From contig JBAZMQ010000007.1 of the NCBI GenBank assembly GCA_041649675.1, forward strand, positions 2,948 to 66,947: 64,000 nucleotides of DNA, written 5' to 3'. Below the pieces are notes generated by a model. It did no database searches. It was not told the DNA's origin and worked only from the letters and a program-made list of their open reading frames with translations. Made by a program: the position numbers and the translations under genes. This stretch comes from Patescibacteria group bacterium. GTDB taxonomy: Bacteria; Patescibacteriota; Patescibacteriia; Buchananbacterales; UBA6539. This document shows, one piece after another, positions 21,752 to 31,500 of this stretch (within the stretch, counting starts at the first letter, position 1; each line of letters begins with the position of its first letter).

Positions 21752-22240
21752 ATGGCTACAGAGAGACAAGGAGAAGCATTTGAAGAAGAAATTGATTTGG
21801 CCCAGATAGTTCCCTTAGAGCAACTAAGCGGACTTACTCCAGGGGAAATTTCACAAATGTCCTTTTCTGATCTTAAAGATTATTTAAATTTTGCCAAAAA
21901 ATACCGAGAGCTAGAAATTGCTACCAATAACCCGCCACTACTCAAAGAAAAAATGCAAGCGGAAAGTGAAAAGATTGGCCCGGTAGTTGAAGCAATTTTT
22001 CAAAAAGTTAAAGAGGCTACTGACTTGTTAAAGCAGCTCCGGGAAAAAAGTGGCGGCAATATTTCTACAATCAGAATGGATGATCCTGAATTTGACTTAA
22101 GCCCAGATGGAACTATTGGCCAAGCCGCTAATTTAATCGCTAGCGAAGGAACTAAAGCCGGCACCGAAGCTGAAAGCATGGTTGGCTTTGCCAATGAAGT
22201 CATAAGAGAAATTAAAACCATTCAAAGAATTACAAAATAA
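21752..22240 (+). CDS. Hypothetical acidic helical protein
   Basis: 162-aa ORF starting immediately after the gatB stop. Confidence 0.65.
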   Translation: MATERQGEAFEEEIDLAQIVPLEQLSGLTPGEISQMSFSDLKDYLNFAKKYRELEIATNNPPLLKEKMQAESEKIGPVVEAIFQKVKEATDLLKQLREKSGGNISTIRMDDPEFDLSPDGTIGQAANLIASEGTKAGTEAESMVGFANEVIREIKTIQRITK

Positions 22241-22252
22241 AACTCACTATTT

Positions 22253-22284
22253 AAAAACAGAAGCTAGAATTAGCTTCTGTTTTT
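22253..22284. terminator. Bidirectional terminator
   Basis: AAAAACAGAAGCTA-gaat-TAGCTTCTGTTTTT. Confidence 0.85.
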
Positions 22285-22294
22285 AGTTAAGCAA

Positions 22295-24475
22295 TTACCG
22301 GCCCAAAAAAATTTTTATCTGGCTAACAATTGCTTTATGATTATTTAACCAAATAACTTTTAAGCCTTTTTCAGCTAAAAATTCCGATGTTCGCAATTGT
22401 TGGCGAAACCAAGTCATTTGGCGCTTGGAAAAATCACGAATAGCTTGATTTAACTGATCAAACATTTGCTGATAAGTAATTTTTTTTAAAAGATAGCGGG
22501 AAGTAAAACGATATTCTAGACCAAAATCCTGCAACTTTTGCCAACTAACACCACCTTGCTGATGAAGTCTTTTAACTTCATTAATCATCCCCTCTTTTTC
22601 TAACCTTTGTTTAAGTCTTTTTTCTATTTGACGATATAAGATATCCTTGGAAACGTTTAGGCCAATAATTAAAAAGTTGTAAGGGGGAATCCTATTGGCC
22701 TGGCGGGCAGATTTTGGTTGGCCGGTTTCATAATATATTTCTAAAGCTCTTTGAACTCGGCGCCGATTATTCTTGTCAATGATCTTGAAAGTTTTAGGGT
22801 CAACTTTTTTTAATTTAAGTAAGAGTTGTTTTAGGGTTAATTTATTTAAACGTTTACGAATCGGCGAAAGCTTATAGCTTGCAGCTGACAATTGGTAACC
22901 TGAAACCAGCGCGGAAATATAAAGGCCAGTGCCGCCGCAAATAATTGGCAGTTTGCCCCGTTCCAAAACATTATTAATCTTTTCCAACGCCAACTTCTGC
23001 CATTGAGCTAAAGTAAACTGCTCCTTGGGTGAAGCAACATCAATCAAATGATAAGGCACTAAACCATATTCGGCCAAATCTTTTCCCGTACCAATATCCA
23101 TACCCCGGTAAACTTGCCGGCTATCGGCGGAAATAATTTCACCGTTAAATTTTTTAGCCAATTTAACGGCTAGTTTGGTTTTGCCAGAAGAAGTTGGTCC
23201 TAAAATTACTACCACCTTTGGCAATTGCCCAACCAATCCCCAAGCATAAAAATCAGTAATTTTAACCAAGACTAACTGCCCGGTTAAATCAACGGCTGAA
23301 GTGAATTTAATATTTTTAAAATTTTTCGTCCGGCCAAAACAAAAACCGTCTTTATAACCATCAACCAAAACCGGCATATTTTTTCCGACTAAGCTTTTAT
23401 TATGTTCAAACGCCGTCTGGCCTAAAATTTTTGTCAAAACTAACTGCCGCCTTTTCTTTTCTTTAAGCGAGACATTATCGGCCATTTTAGCCGCCACTGT
23501 ACCCAATCGAGGTGAATACTGAGCAATATAAGCCATGTCAAATTTTAATTTTTTAAACAGTGATAAAGTTTTTAAAAATTGGTTTTTGGTTTCCCCAGGA
23601 AAACCGACAATAACATCAGTTGAAAGAGTGATATTAGGCATTAACTGCCTGACTTTTTTAATTAAACTTTGGTAATGAGAAACTGTATAGTGACGATTCA
23701 TTTTTCGTAAAATTTCATTATCGCCTGACTGAACCGGCAAATGAAGATATGGAATAACATGTTGGCTCAAAGCCATCACTTTGATTAATTCATCAGACAT
23801 ATCCTTAGGGTGACTAGTAGCAAAAGAAAGCCAATAGTTGCCAGGGATTTGGTCGATGGTTTTTAAAAGTTTGGGGAAATTGGTTTTGCCATCAGAATAA
23901 CTATTAACATTTTGGCCAAGTAAAACAATTTCTTTGTAGCCGTTAACTATTAATTCTTCACATTGTTTAATTATAAGCTTGGCCGATCGGGAAACTTCAC
24001 GGCCTCGGGTATAGGGAACGACGCAGTAAGAACAAAAATTATTACAGCCATTCATAACCGGCACATAGGCTATAAATTTAGAATTATAGCTAGGGTGAAT
24101 TTCAAAATAATTAACCGCTTGTTTGCTTGAAACCAAAACTTTTAGCTTGGTTAATTTTTTTTGCAACCTGGCTAAATCTTTAATGTCTATAACTAAGTCA
24201 AAAAATTTAGCCATCTTTACTTTGTCTGATTCCAAAACACACCCGGATAAAACAGTAATCAATGGCCGACTTTTTTTAATTTTCTCAAACCTTTTCTTTA
24301 AACCATAAATCCGATCAATGGCTGTTTGCCGAACCGAGCAAGCCAAGACCATTATTAAGTCTGCTTCTTTTTCATTTTCAGCCTTTTGATAACCAACCAT
24401 TTCTAAAACCGCTGCCACTTTTTCAGCGTCAGCTATATTAAATTGGCAGCCAAAAGCAATTATTTTGTATTTCAT
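22295..24475 (-). CDS. miaB-miaA: Fused tRNA methylthiotransferase MiaB and tRNA dimethylallyltransferase MiaA
   Basis: FGCQFN, ACSVR, GCNNFCSYCVVPYTRG and TRAM domain, then in frame VILGPTSSGKT, IISADSRQVYRGMDIGTGK, GGTGLY, FSKRQMTWF. Confidence 0.93.
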   Translation of the reverse strand: MKYKIIAFGCQFNIADAEKVAAVLEMVGYQKAENEKEADLIMVLACSVRQTAIDRIYGLKKRFEKIKKSRPLITVLSGCVLESDKVKMAKFFDLVIDIKDLARLQKKLTKLKVLVSSKQAVNYFEIHPSYNSKFIAYVPVMNGCNNFCSYCVVPYTRGREVSRSAKLIIKQCEELIVNGYKEIVLLGQNVNSYSDGKTNFPKLLKTIDQIPGNYWLSFATSHPKDMSDELIKVMALSQHVIPYLHLPVQSGDNEILRKMNRHYTVSHYQSLIKKVRQLMPNITLSTDVIVGFPGETKNQFLKTLSLFKKLKFDMAYIAQYSPRLGTVAAKMADNVSLKEKKRRQLVLTKILGQTAFEHNKSLVGKNMPVLVDGYKDGFCFGRTKNFKNIKFTSAVDLTGQLVLVKITDFYAWGLVGQLPKVVVILGPTSSGKTKLAVKLAKKFNGEIISADSRQVYRGMDIGTGKDLAEYGLVPYHLIDVASPKEQFTLAQWQKLALEKINNVLERGKLPIICGGTGLYISALVSGYQLSAASYKLSPIRKRLNKLTLKQLLLKLKKVDPKTFKIIDKNNRRRVQRALEIYYETGQPKSARQANRIPPYNFLIIGLNVSKDILYRQIEKRLKQRLEKEGMINEVKRLHQQGGVSWQKLQDFGLEYRFTSRYLLKKITYQQMFDQLNQAIRDFSKRQMTWFRQQLRTSEFLAEKGLKVIWLNNHKAIVSQIKIFLGR

Positions 24476-24586
24476 AACAGATTAAAAATAGCAAAAAAAT
24501 GAATTAATTTCAAGCTTTTTTGCTAAAAAAGAAAACCTAGCTGGCCAATGAAGACAGACAACGAGGTTCTCTCAATATAATTAAAT

Positions 24587-25732
24587 TTATTCTAAAGACG
24601 TGCTAGTGCCAGTTTTCTCAGTTTGATCTCCAGATTTAATTAAACCAGCTGCTTGGCATACGCCCGTATGTTCAACTTGAATACCAGAACACTTTGCTCC
24701 GCAAGCGTTAGAATAGGTTATACCGTCAGCACCACAAACTGGGGCGTACTCGGTGGTACAAGTGCATTCAGTTTTTACTTCAGTTTCAGTGTCAGCGTTG
24801 ACATTCTTTTTAGCCGGAGGCACAATCAATTGTTTAAGTTTTTCTTGCAAATCTTTTTGAAATTGATCCAAACCGGAAGCACCGTCTTTGGCTTGGTTGA
24901 TGAATTCTTCAGTCCCAGTCCCGGCCGAATTTTTAAAATTTTCCAAAACCGACCTAAGCTTAGCCGCTCTTTGCTCCGGCGTCATTGTGTCTAAATTTTC
25001 ATTTAATTGCAATATTATTTTTTCTCTTATTTTTGCAATAACTGGCTGGACATCAGATGGTAATTTTTGTTGCAACTGATCTAAAGTCTCAACGTTATAA
25101 AAATTGCTTAACTCTAACGGTTGCTCACCGGATAAAATACCATTGATTCTTTCTTCAATTTTTTCTTTGTTAATCTTGCTTAACAAATCACTTAAGACTG
25201 CCAACGATTTATCTTTAGCGTCAATAATCAGTTGCCGATTGACATCACTATCCAGCTTCAATTCAACTCTTCTCATTAGCTGCTGCCGAATAAATTCTTG
25301 GATTGTATATTGATTAACAAATTGTTCAACTGGTTGGGGCTGCTGATCCTTCAGGCTTTCAATCTTTGTCTTCAGGCTTTGAATTTGATAATTGTATTGC
25401 TCTAAATTATTTTTTAGTTCCGTGCCGGTAATTACTCCTTTGGTTATGAGCTTTTGTAACTCAAGTAATTTTTGGTTGGCAACGGTTAACCGCTGTTCCG
25501 CTTTTTTAATCGGATCAGTTGCCAGCCAGATTTTAATTTTTTGCCAAAAGTCTTTTAACCAATATAAATTGCTATTGGGCAAAATTATTGGCTCAGATTG
25601 GCCTAAATCACTGGCTGAAATTTCTTCTTTCAAGGGAGTACTTTCATAGTTAGCATTAATATCAGATTGAGCCGCAACTAAGGTTGGCACAAGTAAGCTA
25701 ATCAGGGCTAAAAAAATTATGATCTTTTTCAT
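24587..25732 (-). CDS. Secreted coiled-coil protein (DUF5667-like) with C-terminal Kazal domain
   Basis: Signal peptide; ILPNSNLYWLKDFWQKI; CTCTTEYAPVCGADGITYSNACGAKC..GVC. Confidence 0.8.
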   Translation of the reverse strand: MKKIIIFLALISLLVPTLVAAQSDINANYESTPLKEEISASDLGQSEPIILPNSNLYWLKDFWQKIKIWLATDPIKKAEQRLTVANQKLLELQKLITKGVITGTELKNNLEQYNYQIQSLKTKIESLKDQQPQPVEQFVNQYTIQEFIRQQLMRRVELKLDSDVNRQLIIDAKDKSLAVLSDLLSKINKEKIEERINGILSGEQPLELSNFYNVETLDQLQQKLPSDVQPVIAKIREKIILQLNENLDTMTPEQRAAKLRSVLENFKNSAGTGTEEFINQAKDGASGLDQFQKDLQEKLKQLIVPPAKKNVNADTETEVKTECTCTTEYAPVCGADGITYSNACGAKCSGIQVEHTGVCQAAGLIKSGDQTEKTGTSTSLE

Positions 25733-25802
25733 AGGCTAAAAATTAATATTTTTCCTTGCTTTCTTAATTATAGCGTAAATACCAAAAAGCCTCCAGACCA
25801 GA

Positions 25803-25831
25803 TTGACAAAAATCATTTTTTATGTTAATCT
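25803..25831 (+). promoter_or_regulatory. Promoter TTGACA-17-TAATCT
   Basis: Upstream of ORF 25954. Confidence 0.65.
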
Positions 25832-25953
25832 CAGAAGTCTTCTTTAGACATTGCTCTTTTTGAATTTGATTAAAAAGTCAGTAATGGCCTGTGGTCATTA
25901 CTGCATGGATATAGGACCAAGGTAAAGTGCAAAAAACGGACAAGGAGAAACGC

Positions 25954-27486
25954 ATGAAAAACGTAACACTGATTCTGATTTTGTTTTTGGCCGTAGGCCT
26001 AATTGCAACCAATGCGACTGCCGCTTATCCGGGCAGTGGCTATATGGTACTCAGTGCGGATAGCGCTGTAGAAACCGTAGCACCTGGCGGTTTGCAAACC
26101 GAGGCACTGAGGATTGACTACAATAATTTGACTGGCCAAACCCGAAAACTCAGCGATCTGGCCGTGAGGTTGAAAATAAGTGGAGATAAACTTAATCGTT
26201 TATCCCGTTTCAGCCTTTGGGATGGCAACGTAATCTTGGCCACCCGCAAACCGCCAAAAATTGATATTTTCGGTTTCGTCAAATTTTTCATCAGCCCAAC
26301 AAGCCAACCAACAATTGAGGCTGGACATCAAATTCAATTGACAGTTAAATTTGATGTCTCACCGGAAATGGCAGTCGGCGCAAAGATTTATCCGAGTATC
26401 TGGGGCGGATGCCTAAGATTTGACAAGCCAGTACTCGTCTTGCCATTTAAAACAATTACCTGCCCCACTATTACGATAGTTCGGCCGGGAGCGCTTAATC
26501 TTGAATTAAGTCCAGACTCACCACCCAACCAATTGGTGGTAGCATTCTGCGATGGTATTCAGACAATGGCTGTGCCCTTAAAGGCATCAGGGGAAGATAT
26601 GCGTATTGAGCAATTGCCAATCTGCATCGGCGAACTCAATGGCGGCGGAGTCAAAAATATTCGGACAATCACATTGCTGCAAGAAGGCGAAATGGTATTT
26701 CGCGGTGCTGTTCCAAGTGAATCTTTTATGATTCATCTGCCTCAGCCGATAATCGTGCCGGCTAATAGCACGGGCGCAACTGTTGACGTCAAAATCGACA
26801 CTGCCAATATTGGAATGGATTATCCTAGCCAGTCAGGTCAAGGGTTTAATATCACGATTCCTGGCGACAAGATCGTAGCCTATGGCTGCGGCTCTTCCGC
26901 GCCGATCATACCGACAGGCCAGGCAAGCTCGGCAGATATGTACCTAGTCGATTCAATGCCGATCATCCAACAGCCGACAAACGGCAACCAACTCACGGGT
27001 GGTTGGCAATCACTCTACGATTGCCAAATTACTGCCTTGAGCTCGGGCGACGTCGGGGTTGGCCGATTATCATTTCGCGTAAACTTTACCGACGGCTTGA
27101 CCTGCAACAACCTGGCCATTACGATGGCTGACTCTGATGTATTACTTGGCCAAGGCGATATGGCCGCTGACGGACTGGTCATTATTGATCTGTTTTCCCC
27201 GCTGCAAATCGCCGCGGGATCAACGGTTGGCCTTCGCTTAATGGCAACGGTAAACTTTATCGCTGACCCCAGCGGCCAGTATTTAACCGTATCCATGATA
27301 GGTGATGACCAGCTACCAGCTATTTGGCCCGACACGGCTGATAATATCGCGGCTGAAGGCTGTTTTGTTTGGACTGACCTTAGCCAGTCAGAAAATCCAA
27401 GTGAACTACTGACTACGGCTCAGTGGCTAAATGGGTACCTGGTGCCCGGACTAACATTCGAGGTTCCGGTAGTGCTCGCCTATTAA
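25954..27486 (+). CDS. Secreted protein with repeated beta-sandwich-like segments (surface-protein-like), orphan unit
   Basis: AAGGAG RBS before ATG 25954; signal peptide; recurring I(E/A)AG..(Q/G)L(T/R)V-like strands. Confidence 0.75.
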   Translation: MKNVTLILILFLAVGLIATNATAAYPGSGYMVLSADSAVETVAPGGLQTEALRIDYNNLTGQTRKLSDLAVRLKISGDKLNRLSRFSLWDGNVILATRKPPKIDIFGFVKFFISPTSQPTIEAGHQIQLTVKFDVSPEMAVGAKIYPSIWGGCLRFDKPVLVLPFKTITCPTITIVRPGALNLELSPDSPPNQLVVAFCDGIQTMAVPLKASGEDMRIEQLPICIGELNGGGVKNIRTITLLQEGEMVFRGAVPSESFMIHLPQPIIVPANSTGATVDVKIDTANIGMDYPSQSGQGFNITIPGDKIVAYGCGSSAPIIPTGQASSADMYLVDSMPIIQQPTNGNQLTGGWQSLYDCQITALSSGDVGVGRLSFRVNFTDGLTCNNLAITMADSDVLLGQGDMAADGLVIIDLFSPLQIAAGSTVGLRLMATVNFIADPSGQYLTVSMIGDDQLPAIWPDTADNIAAEGCFVWTDLSQSENPSELLTTAQWLNGYLVPGLTFEVPVVLAY

Positions 27487-27491
27487 ATCAA

Positions 27492-27536
27492 AAGCTCCAG
27501 CCTTTGCAAATTTGCAAGGACTGGAGCTTCTTTTTT
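27492..27536 (+). terminator. Intrinsic terminator
   Basis: AAGCTCCAG..CTGGAGCTT followed by a T run. Confidence 0.8.
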
Positions 27537-27572
27537 AGTATACAAATGTCTCATTCGCAGGTTAGTATCACG

Positions 27573-29342
27573 CTATTTCTTTTCCTTGATTTCTTTGACC
27601 ATTTTTTCAATAAACTCATTCCGAGATATCACCAGCATTTCTTTTTGACCCCGGACCCTGACTGCTAAGTCCGCCCCACCGGCTTCTTTTTCACCAATGA
27701 CTAAAGTGTAAGGCACCTTAGCTTTTTCACTTTTTCTAACCTTATAGCCAACGGTCTCATCGGCTTCATCAACATAAACCCGAACATTATTAGTGATTAA
27801 CTCTTGGGCAATCTCTTTGGCGGCTTGGACAAAAGTTGCTGCCACCGGGGCAATCTGAACCTGGACCGGAGATAACCAAAGCGGAAAAGCGCCAGCATGC
27901 TGCTCAATTAAAAAGGCCATGACTCTTTCAATCGCGCCAATGGAAGAACGGTGAATTACGACCGCTTCTTTTTTCTTATTATCCTCATCAATATAAACTA
28001 GCTCAAAGCGCTTGGGCATGACAAAATCATATTGAACGGTAAAGGCCGTATCTTCTTTGCCGGCAAAATTTTTCATTTGAATGTCTATTTTAGGCCCGTA
28101 AAAAGCTGCTTCGCCCTCAGCTTCAAAGAATGGTGCCTGGCGTTTTTTTAGAACTTGCCTCAAAATATCTTCAGCATCGTCCCAGGCTTTATCGTCTTTG
28201 TAATATTTTTTTTCTTCCTGGCGGTCACCCAAAGAAAGGCGATAACGAAAATTTTCTCCCTTGGTTAAACCCATAACCGAAGCCACATATTCTATCAAAT
28301 CCAAAACATTATTTATCTCGCTTGTAGCTTGATCTGGCCGACAAACGATATGAGAATCAGCCAAGCAAAAGGAACGCACCCTCATTAAGCCAGTCAGCTC
28401 GCCAGATTTTTCATAGCGAAATTGCTTGGCCAATTCGGCAATCCTGATCGGCAATTCTTTGTAAGTATGCGGCTTACTTAAGTATAATTGAAAATGATGA
28501 GGGCAAGTCATTGGTCTTAAGATTAATTCTTCCTCATCAATTTTCATTACCGGGTACATAGTATCTTTATAATACGGGTAATGACCGGATTTTTTGTAAA
28601 GTTCCACTTTAGCTAATTCGGGAGTATAAACATGTTTATAATCACGTTTAATTTCTTCATCAACAATAAATCTTTCCAGTTCGCGCCGAATGATTGAGCC
28701 TTTTTCAGTGAAAAGCGGCAAGCCTTTACCGACTAAATCAGAAAAGACAAATAAGTCCAAGTCCTTACCAATAACCCGATGGTCTCTTCTCTTGGCTTCT
28801 TCTAACAATTCAAGGTGTTTTTTTAGTTCAGCCTCAGTGGCAAAAGCAGTACCATAAATTCGTTGCAGCATTTTATTTTTCTCATCACCCCGCCAGTAAG
28901 CGCCAGCGATTTTGGTCAATTTAAAACCGTCAGGATTGATTTCCTTGGTTGATTTGACATGTGGACCGGCGCAAAGATTATCGAGCCAGTCGGATTTGTA
29001 AAAACTGACCTTTTTCTCGCCCCGGGCTTTTAAGTCGTCAATGAACCAAGTTTTGTAAGGGTCATTTTTATAAAACTCATAAGCCTCTTTAAAATCCACA
29101 TCATGCTGCTCAAATTTAATGTTTTTCTTAATTAACTCGCGCATCCGTTTTTCCAATTTTGGCAGCAGCTCGGGCGTAATAGCCTGGGGTATATCAAAAT
29201 CTTGGTAAAAACCATCATCAATTGACGGCCCAACCCCTAAGCCGGCTTGCGGATACAATTCCAGCACCGCCATAATCATTAAGTGGGCTAATGAGTGGCG
29301 GACTGGCTCCATTTTGTTTTCTGGTTTGTTTACTTTGGACAT
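27573..29342 (-). CDS. thrS: Threonine--tRNA ligase (short form without TGS domain)
   Basis: RHSLAH, LCAGPHV, GAYWRGDEKNKMLQRIYG, RDHR, LRPMTCPHH, FYGPKID, GAFPLWLSP. Confidence 0.98.
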   Translation of the reverse strand: MSKVNKPENKMEPVRHSLAHLMIMAVLELYPQAGLGVGPSIDDGFYQDFDIPQAITPELLPKLEKRMRELIKKNIKFEQHDVDFKEAYEFYKNDPYKTWFIDDLKARGEKKVSFYKSDWLDNLCAGPHVKSTKEINPDGFKLTKIAGAYWRGDEKNKMLQRIYGTAFATEAELKKHLELLEEAKRRDHRVIGKDLDLFVFSDLVGKGLPLFTEKGSIIRRELERFIVDEEIKRDYKHVYTPELAKVELYKKSGHYPYYKDTMYPVMKIDEEELILRPMTCPHHFQLYLSKPHTYKELPIRIAELAKQFRYEKSGELTGLMRVRSFCLADSHIVCRPDQATSEINNVLDLIEYVASVMGLTKGENFRYRLSLGDRQEEKKYYKDDKAWDDAEDILRQVLKKRQAPFFEAEGEAAFYGPKIDIQMKNFAGKEDTAFTVQYDFVMPKRFELVYIDEDNKKKEAVVIHRSSIGAIERVMAFLIEQHAGAFPLWLSPVQVQIAPVAATFVQAAKEIAQELITNNVRVYVDEADETVGYKVRKSEKAKVPYTLVIGEKEAGGADLAVRVRGQKEMLVISRNEFIEKMVKEIKEKK

Positions 29343-29355
29343 ACTATTATATAGA

Positions 29356-29440
29356 TTAAAACTTAAAACCCAAAATCCAAAAATTATTAATTCTTACCTT
29401 TAGGTTTTGGCTTTAGGGTTTTAAGTTTTTGGTTTTTTAA
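29356..29440. repeat. Inverted heptamer-period element overlapping the GNAT 3' end
   Basis: ttaaaac ttaaaac ccaaaat ccaaaaa .. gttttgg ctttagg gttttaa gtttttg. Confidence 0.6.
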
Positions 29441-29974
29441 ATATTCCTCCCTTAAAATTCCCATGTTTATTAAATTATGATAATAACCGTTGCGGTATAT
29501 TTGATCACGCAAGCAACTCTCCTTTTTAAAACCAAGTTTCTTATATGATTTCTCACCGCGGATATTATAGGCATAAAAGCCTAGCCAAATCCGGTGCAAT
29601 TTTAATTTTTTAAAACCATAGTCAATTATCAGTTTGCCCGCCTCGGTACCATAACCCTGGCCCCAATATTTTTTATCACCAATAATGATGCCAAACTGGG
29701 CATTTTTATGTAAAGGCTGAATATCGCGTAAACTAACTACGCCGATATGAATACCTTCGCTGGTATCAATTGAAAAAGAAAGATTATTCTTATTTTTTTT
29801 ATTTTTATTAATCCAGTCTTTTTCCATTTTTAATGTAGTTTTTGGCTTATCATAAATATCCAAAAAAAATGTTACTTCTGGGTCATTTAACCAACAACAA
29901 AACCGGCTGGCATCTTTAAGTGATAACGGCCGCAGAACGACTCTTCTACCTTTGAGGATTATTTTTTTATTCAT
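29387..29974 (-). CDS. GNAT N-acetyltransferase, RimJ/RimL family
   Basis: LRPL, IGDKKYWGQGYGTEA, LKLHRI, YKKLGFKKE. Confidence 0.92.
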   Translation of the reverse strand: MNKKIILKGRRVVLRPLSLKDASRFCCWLNDPEVTFFLDIYDKPKTTLKMEKDWINKNKKNKNNLSFSIDTSEGIHIGVVSLRDIQPLHKNAQFGIIIGDKKYWGQGYGTEAGKLIIDYGFKKLKLHRIWLGFYAYNIRGEKSYKKLGFKKESCLRDQIYRNGYYHNLINMGILREEYLKNQKLKTLKPKPKGKN

Positions 29975-29983
29975 ATTCTTCTG

Positions 29984-30101
29984 GTCATTTCGACCGCGTT
30001 TAAGATTAGTAGAGGAAAGGGAGAAATCTCATCAAGTTAGTTATATAAGTAAACGTATGAGATTTCTCGTCCCGACAATACTTGTCGGGACTCGAAATGA
30101 C
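29984..30101. repeat. GTCATTTCGA..TCGAAATGAC branched palindromic element (copy 1)
   Basis: Terminal 10-bp inverted repeat; inner GAGAAATCTCAT/ATGAGATTTCTC; homologous to 38028-38156 in opposite orientation. Confidence 0.85.
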
Positions 30102-30104
30102 TAT

Positions 30105-30272
30105 AATAAAAACCGACCAGAAATATATCTGCCCGGGGCTCCGACGTCACATCGGAGAGGTTCCACCTCGAGAAATTCTCAATTTATTCTATTGACCTAG
30201 AAATTTAGTCCCTATTTTATTGGGAGTTTTTGCTAAAACGCCTGGTTGGTAGCCAAGCCAATCACTTCAGGT
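30105..30272 (-). ncRNA. Putative T-box leader (Thr) upstream of GNAT-thrS
   Basis: Minus strand GAGG-TGGAACC T-box bulge (30159-30169), antiterminator helices, overlapping terminator with U tail, short stem I containing ACC. Confidence 0.65.
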
Positions 30273-30278
30273 AAATTT

Positions 30279-30307
30279 ATTATAAATCTGCTAGTTAACT
30301 TTGTCAA
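30279..30307 (-). promoter_or_regulatory. Consensus promoter TTGACA-17-TATAAT
   Basis: Perfect boxes directly upstream of the T-box-like leader. Confidence 0.85.
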
Positions 30308-30313
30308 ACTAAA

Positions 30314-31465
30314 TTATTGAATAATTTTAATTTCAATTTTATTAGCCAGCCTAGGAGTCTTTTTCACCCAGGCCGGTGAAAATTTAACTTCAACTGATTT
30401 AACGCCAGGAAATTGAGAAAAATAAGCCTTAACTTCATCCTCGGTTAAACCTAACAATTTAGTTTTATCAATAAAGTCGGAATTACTGGAGATAACCGAA
30501 CTGCCAGCTAAGTTGGCCTTAATTGTCGCTTGTTTGGAATCAATATTGTAGCTTTGGACTGAATAAGAAAAATTCTTTGGCTCCAGATTGACTAGCTGGT
30601 TACCGTTGGGCAAATTATTTTTTAATTTATTTTGAGCCAAAGTCACTAGCTGGCTTTCGTCAAAAATAATAACCGTTGCCTGAATTTTCATGTTAGCATT
30701 AAACTCCGAAACAACATCGCCCGCCTTAGCTTCAGGCGTAAACTCAGTTACTTTAATTGACACCAACTTGGGCCATAAAGCTTGGGCTGAATCAAGCTGC
30801 TTGTTAGCCTCGACAATAACTTGTTGGTAAAGCTGATCCTTTAATCCCTTCTCAGCTGTCTTTAAGTCAATATCGGCTACCACCTTGACTTCTACTCCCT
30901 CTTTACTTAGAGTTTGAGAATTTTGGGCATAAATTTTTTCTTGCAAGGGCGGGCGCAAACCAGGAATAATTAGTTTCATCGGTTTTAATTCTTTAAAATT
31001 AGCCGGATCGTCAGCATAAACCGACACCGTTACCTTTTTGCCAGCTGCCACATTAATTGATTCGTTTAAGCGCAGCAAGGTTTTGGTTGGCTCACTGGGT
31101 GCGGCTAAACGGGTGGTGGCCACTAAAGCCTGACTTTTGTCAGAAGTATTGATAATAGTCACTTGGCCAACTATATTATCTTTTACTTCTTGTTTTTTTG
31201 AGCCACTTGATTTAAAAATATTGCTACCTTCAACGCCTAAAGATATTATCTTACCATTGACTGCATCCGGCTTAACAACACTAGCATTTTCGCTAACGTC
31301 AAAAACAAAATCTTGGTTGATTTGTTCTTGGCCAGGATTGATAATAATAGTCGCTTTAGAAGAAATCAAAACTAAAACAACAACAAATGCTACAATTGCT
31401 AGAACCAAAAAACCAATGCCGATTTTACGATATGATTTTGGTAAAATATTGCCCGGATTTTGCAT
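30314..31465 (-). CDS. Membrane-anchored conserved hypothetical protein (type often labelled baseplate J-like in CPR)
   Basis: One TM; GQVTIINTS..Q.LVATTRL; C-terminal VKSVEVKFSPAWVKKTP. Confidence 0.65.
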   Translation of the reverse strand: MQNPGNILPKSYRKIGIGFLVLAIVAFVVVLVLISSKATIIINPGQEQINQDFVFDVSENASVVKPDAVNGKIISLGVEGSNIFKSSGSKKQEVKDNIVGQVTIINTSDKSQALVATTRLAAPSEPTKTLLRLNESINVAAGKKVTVSVYADDPANFKELKPMKLIIPGLRPPLQEKIYAQNSQTLSKEGVEVKVVADIDLKTAEKGLKDQLYQQVIVEANKQLDSAQALWPKLVSIKVTEFTPEAKAGDVVSEFNANMKIQATVIIFDESQLVTLAQNKLKNNLPNGNQLVNLEPKNFSYSVQSYNIDSKQATIKANLAGSSVISSNSDFIDKTKLLGLTEDEVKAYFSQFPGVKSVEVKFSPAWVKKTPRLANKIEIKIIQ

Positions 31466-31500
31466 ATATTAATAATACTAAAAAAATTGTCATTTGGCAA

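Noticed and set aside
30314-31465. Prophage or contractile tail locus from the baseplate-J-like label
   Set aside because: Has a TM anchor, sits in a housekeeping string after dnaE, and no other phage genes are present
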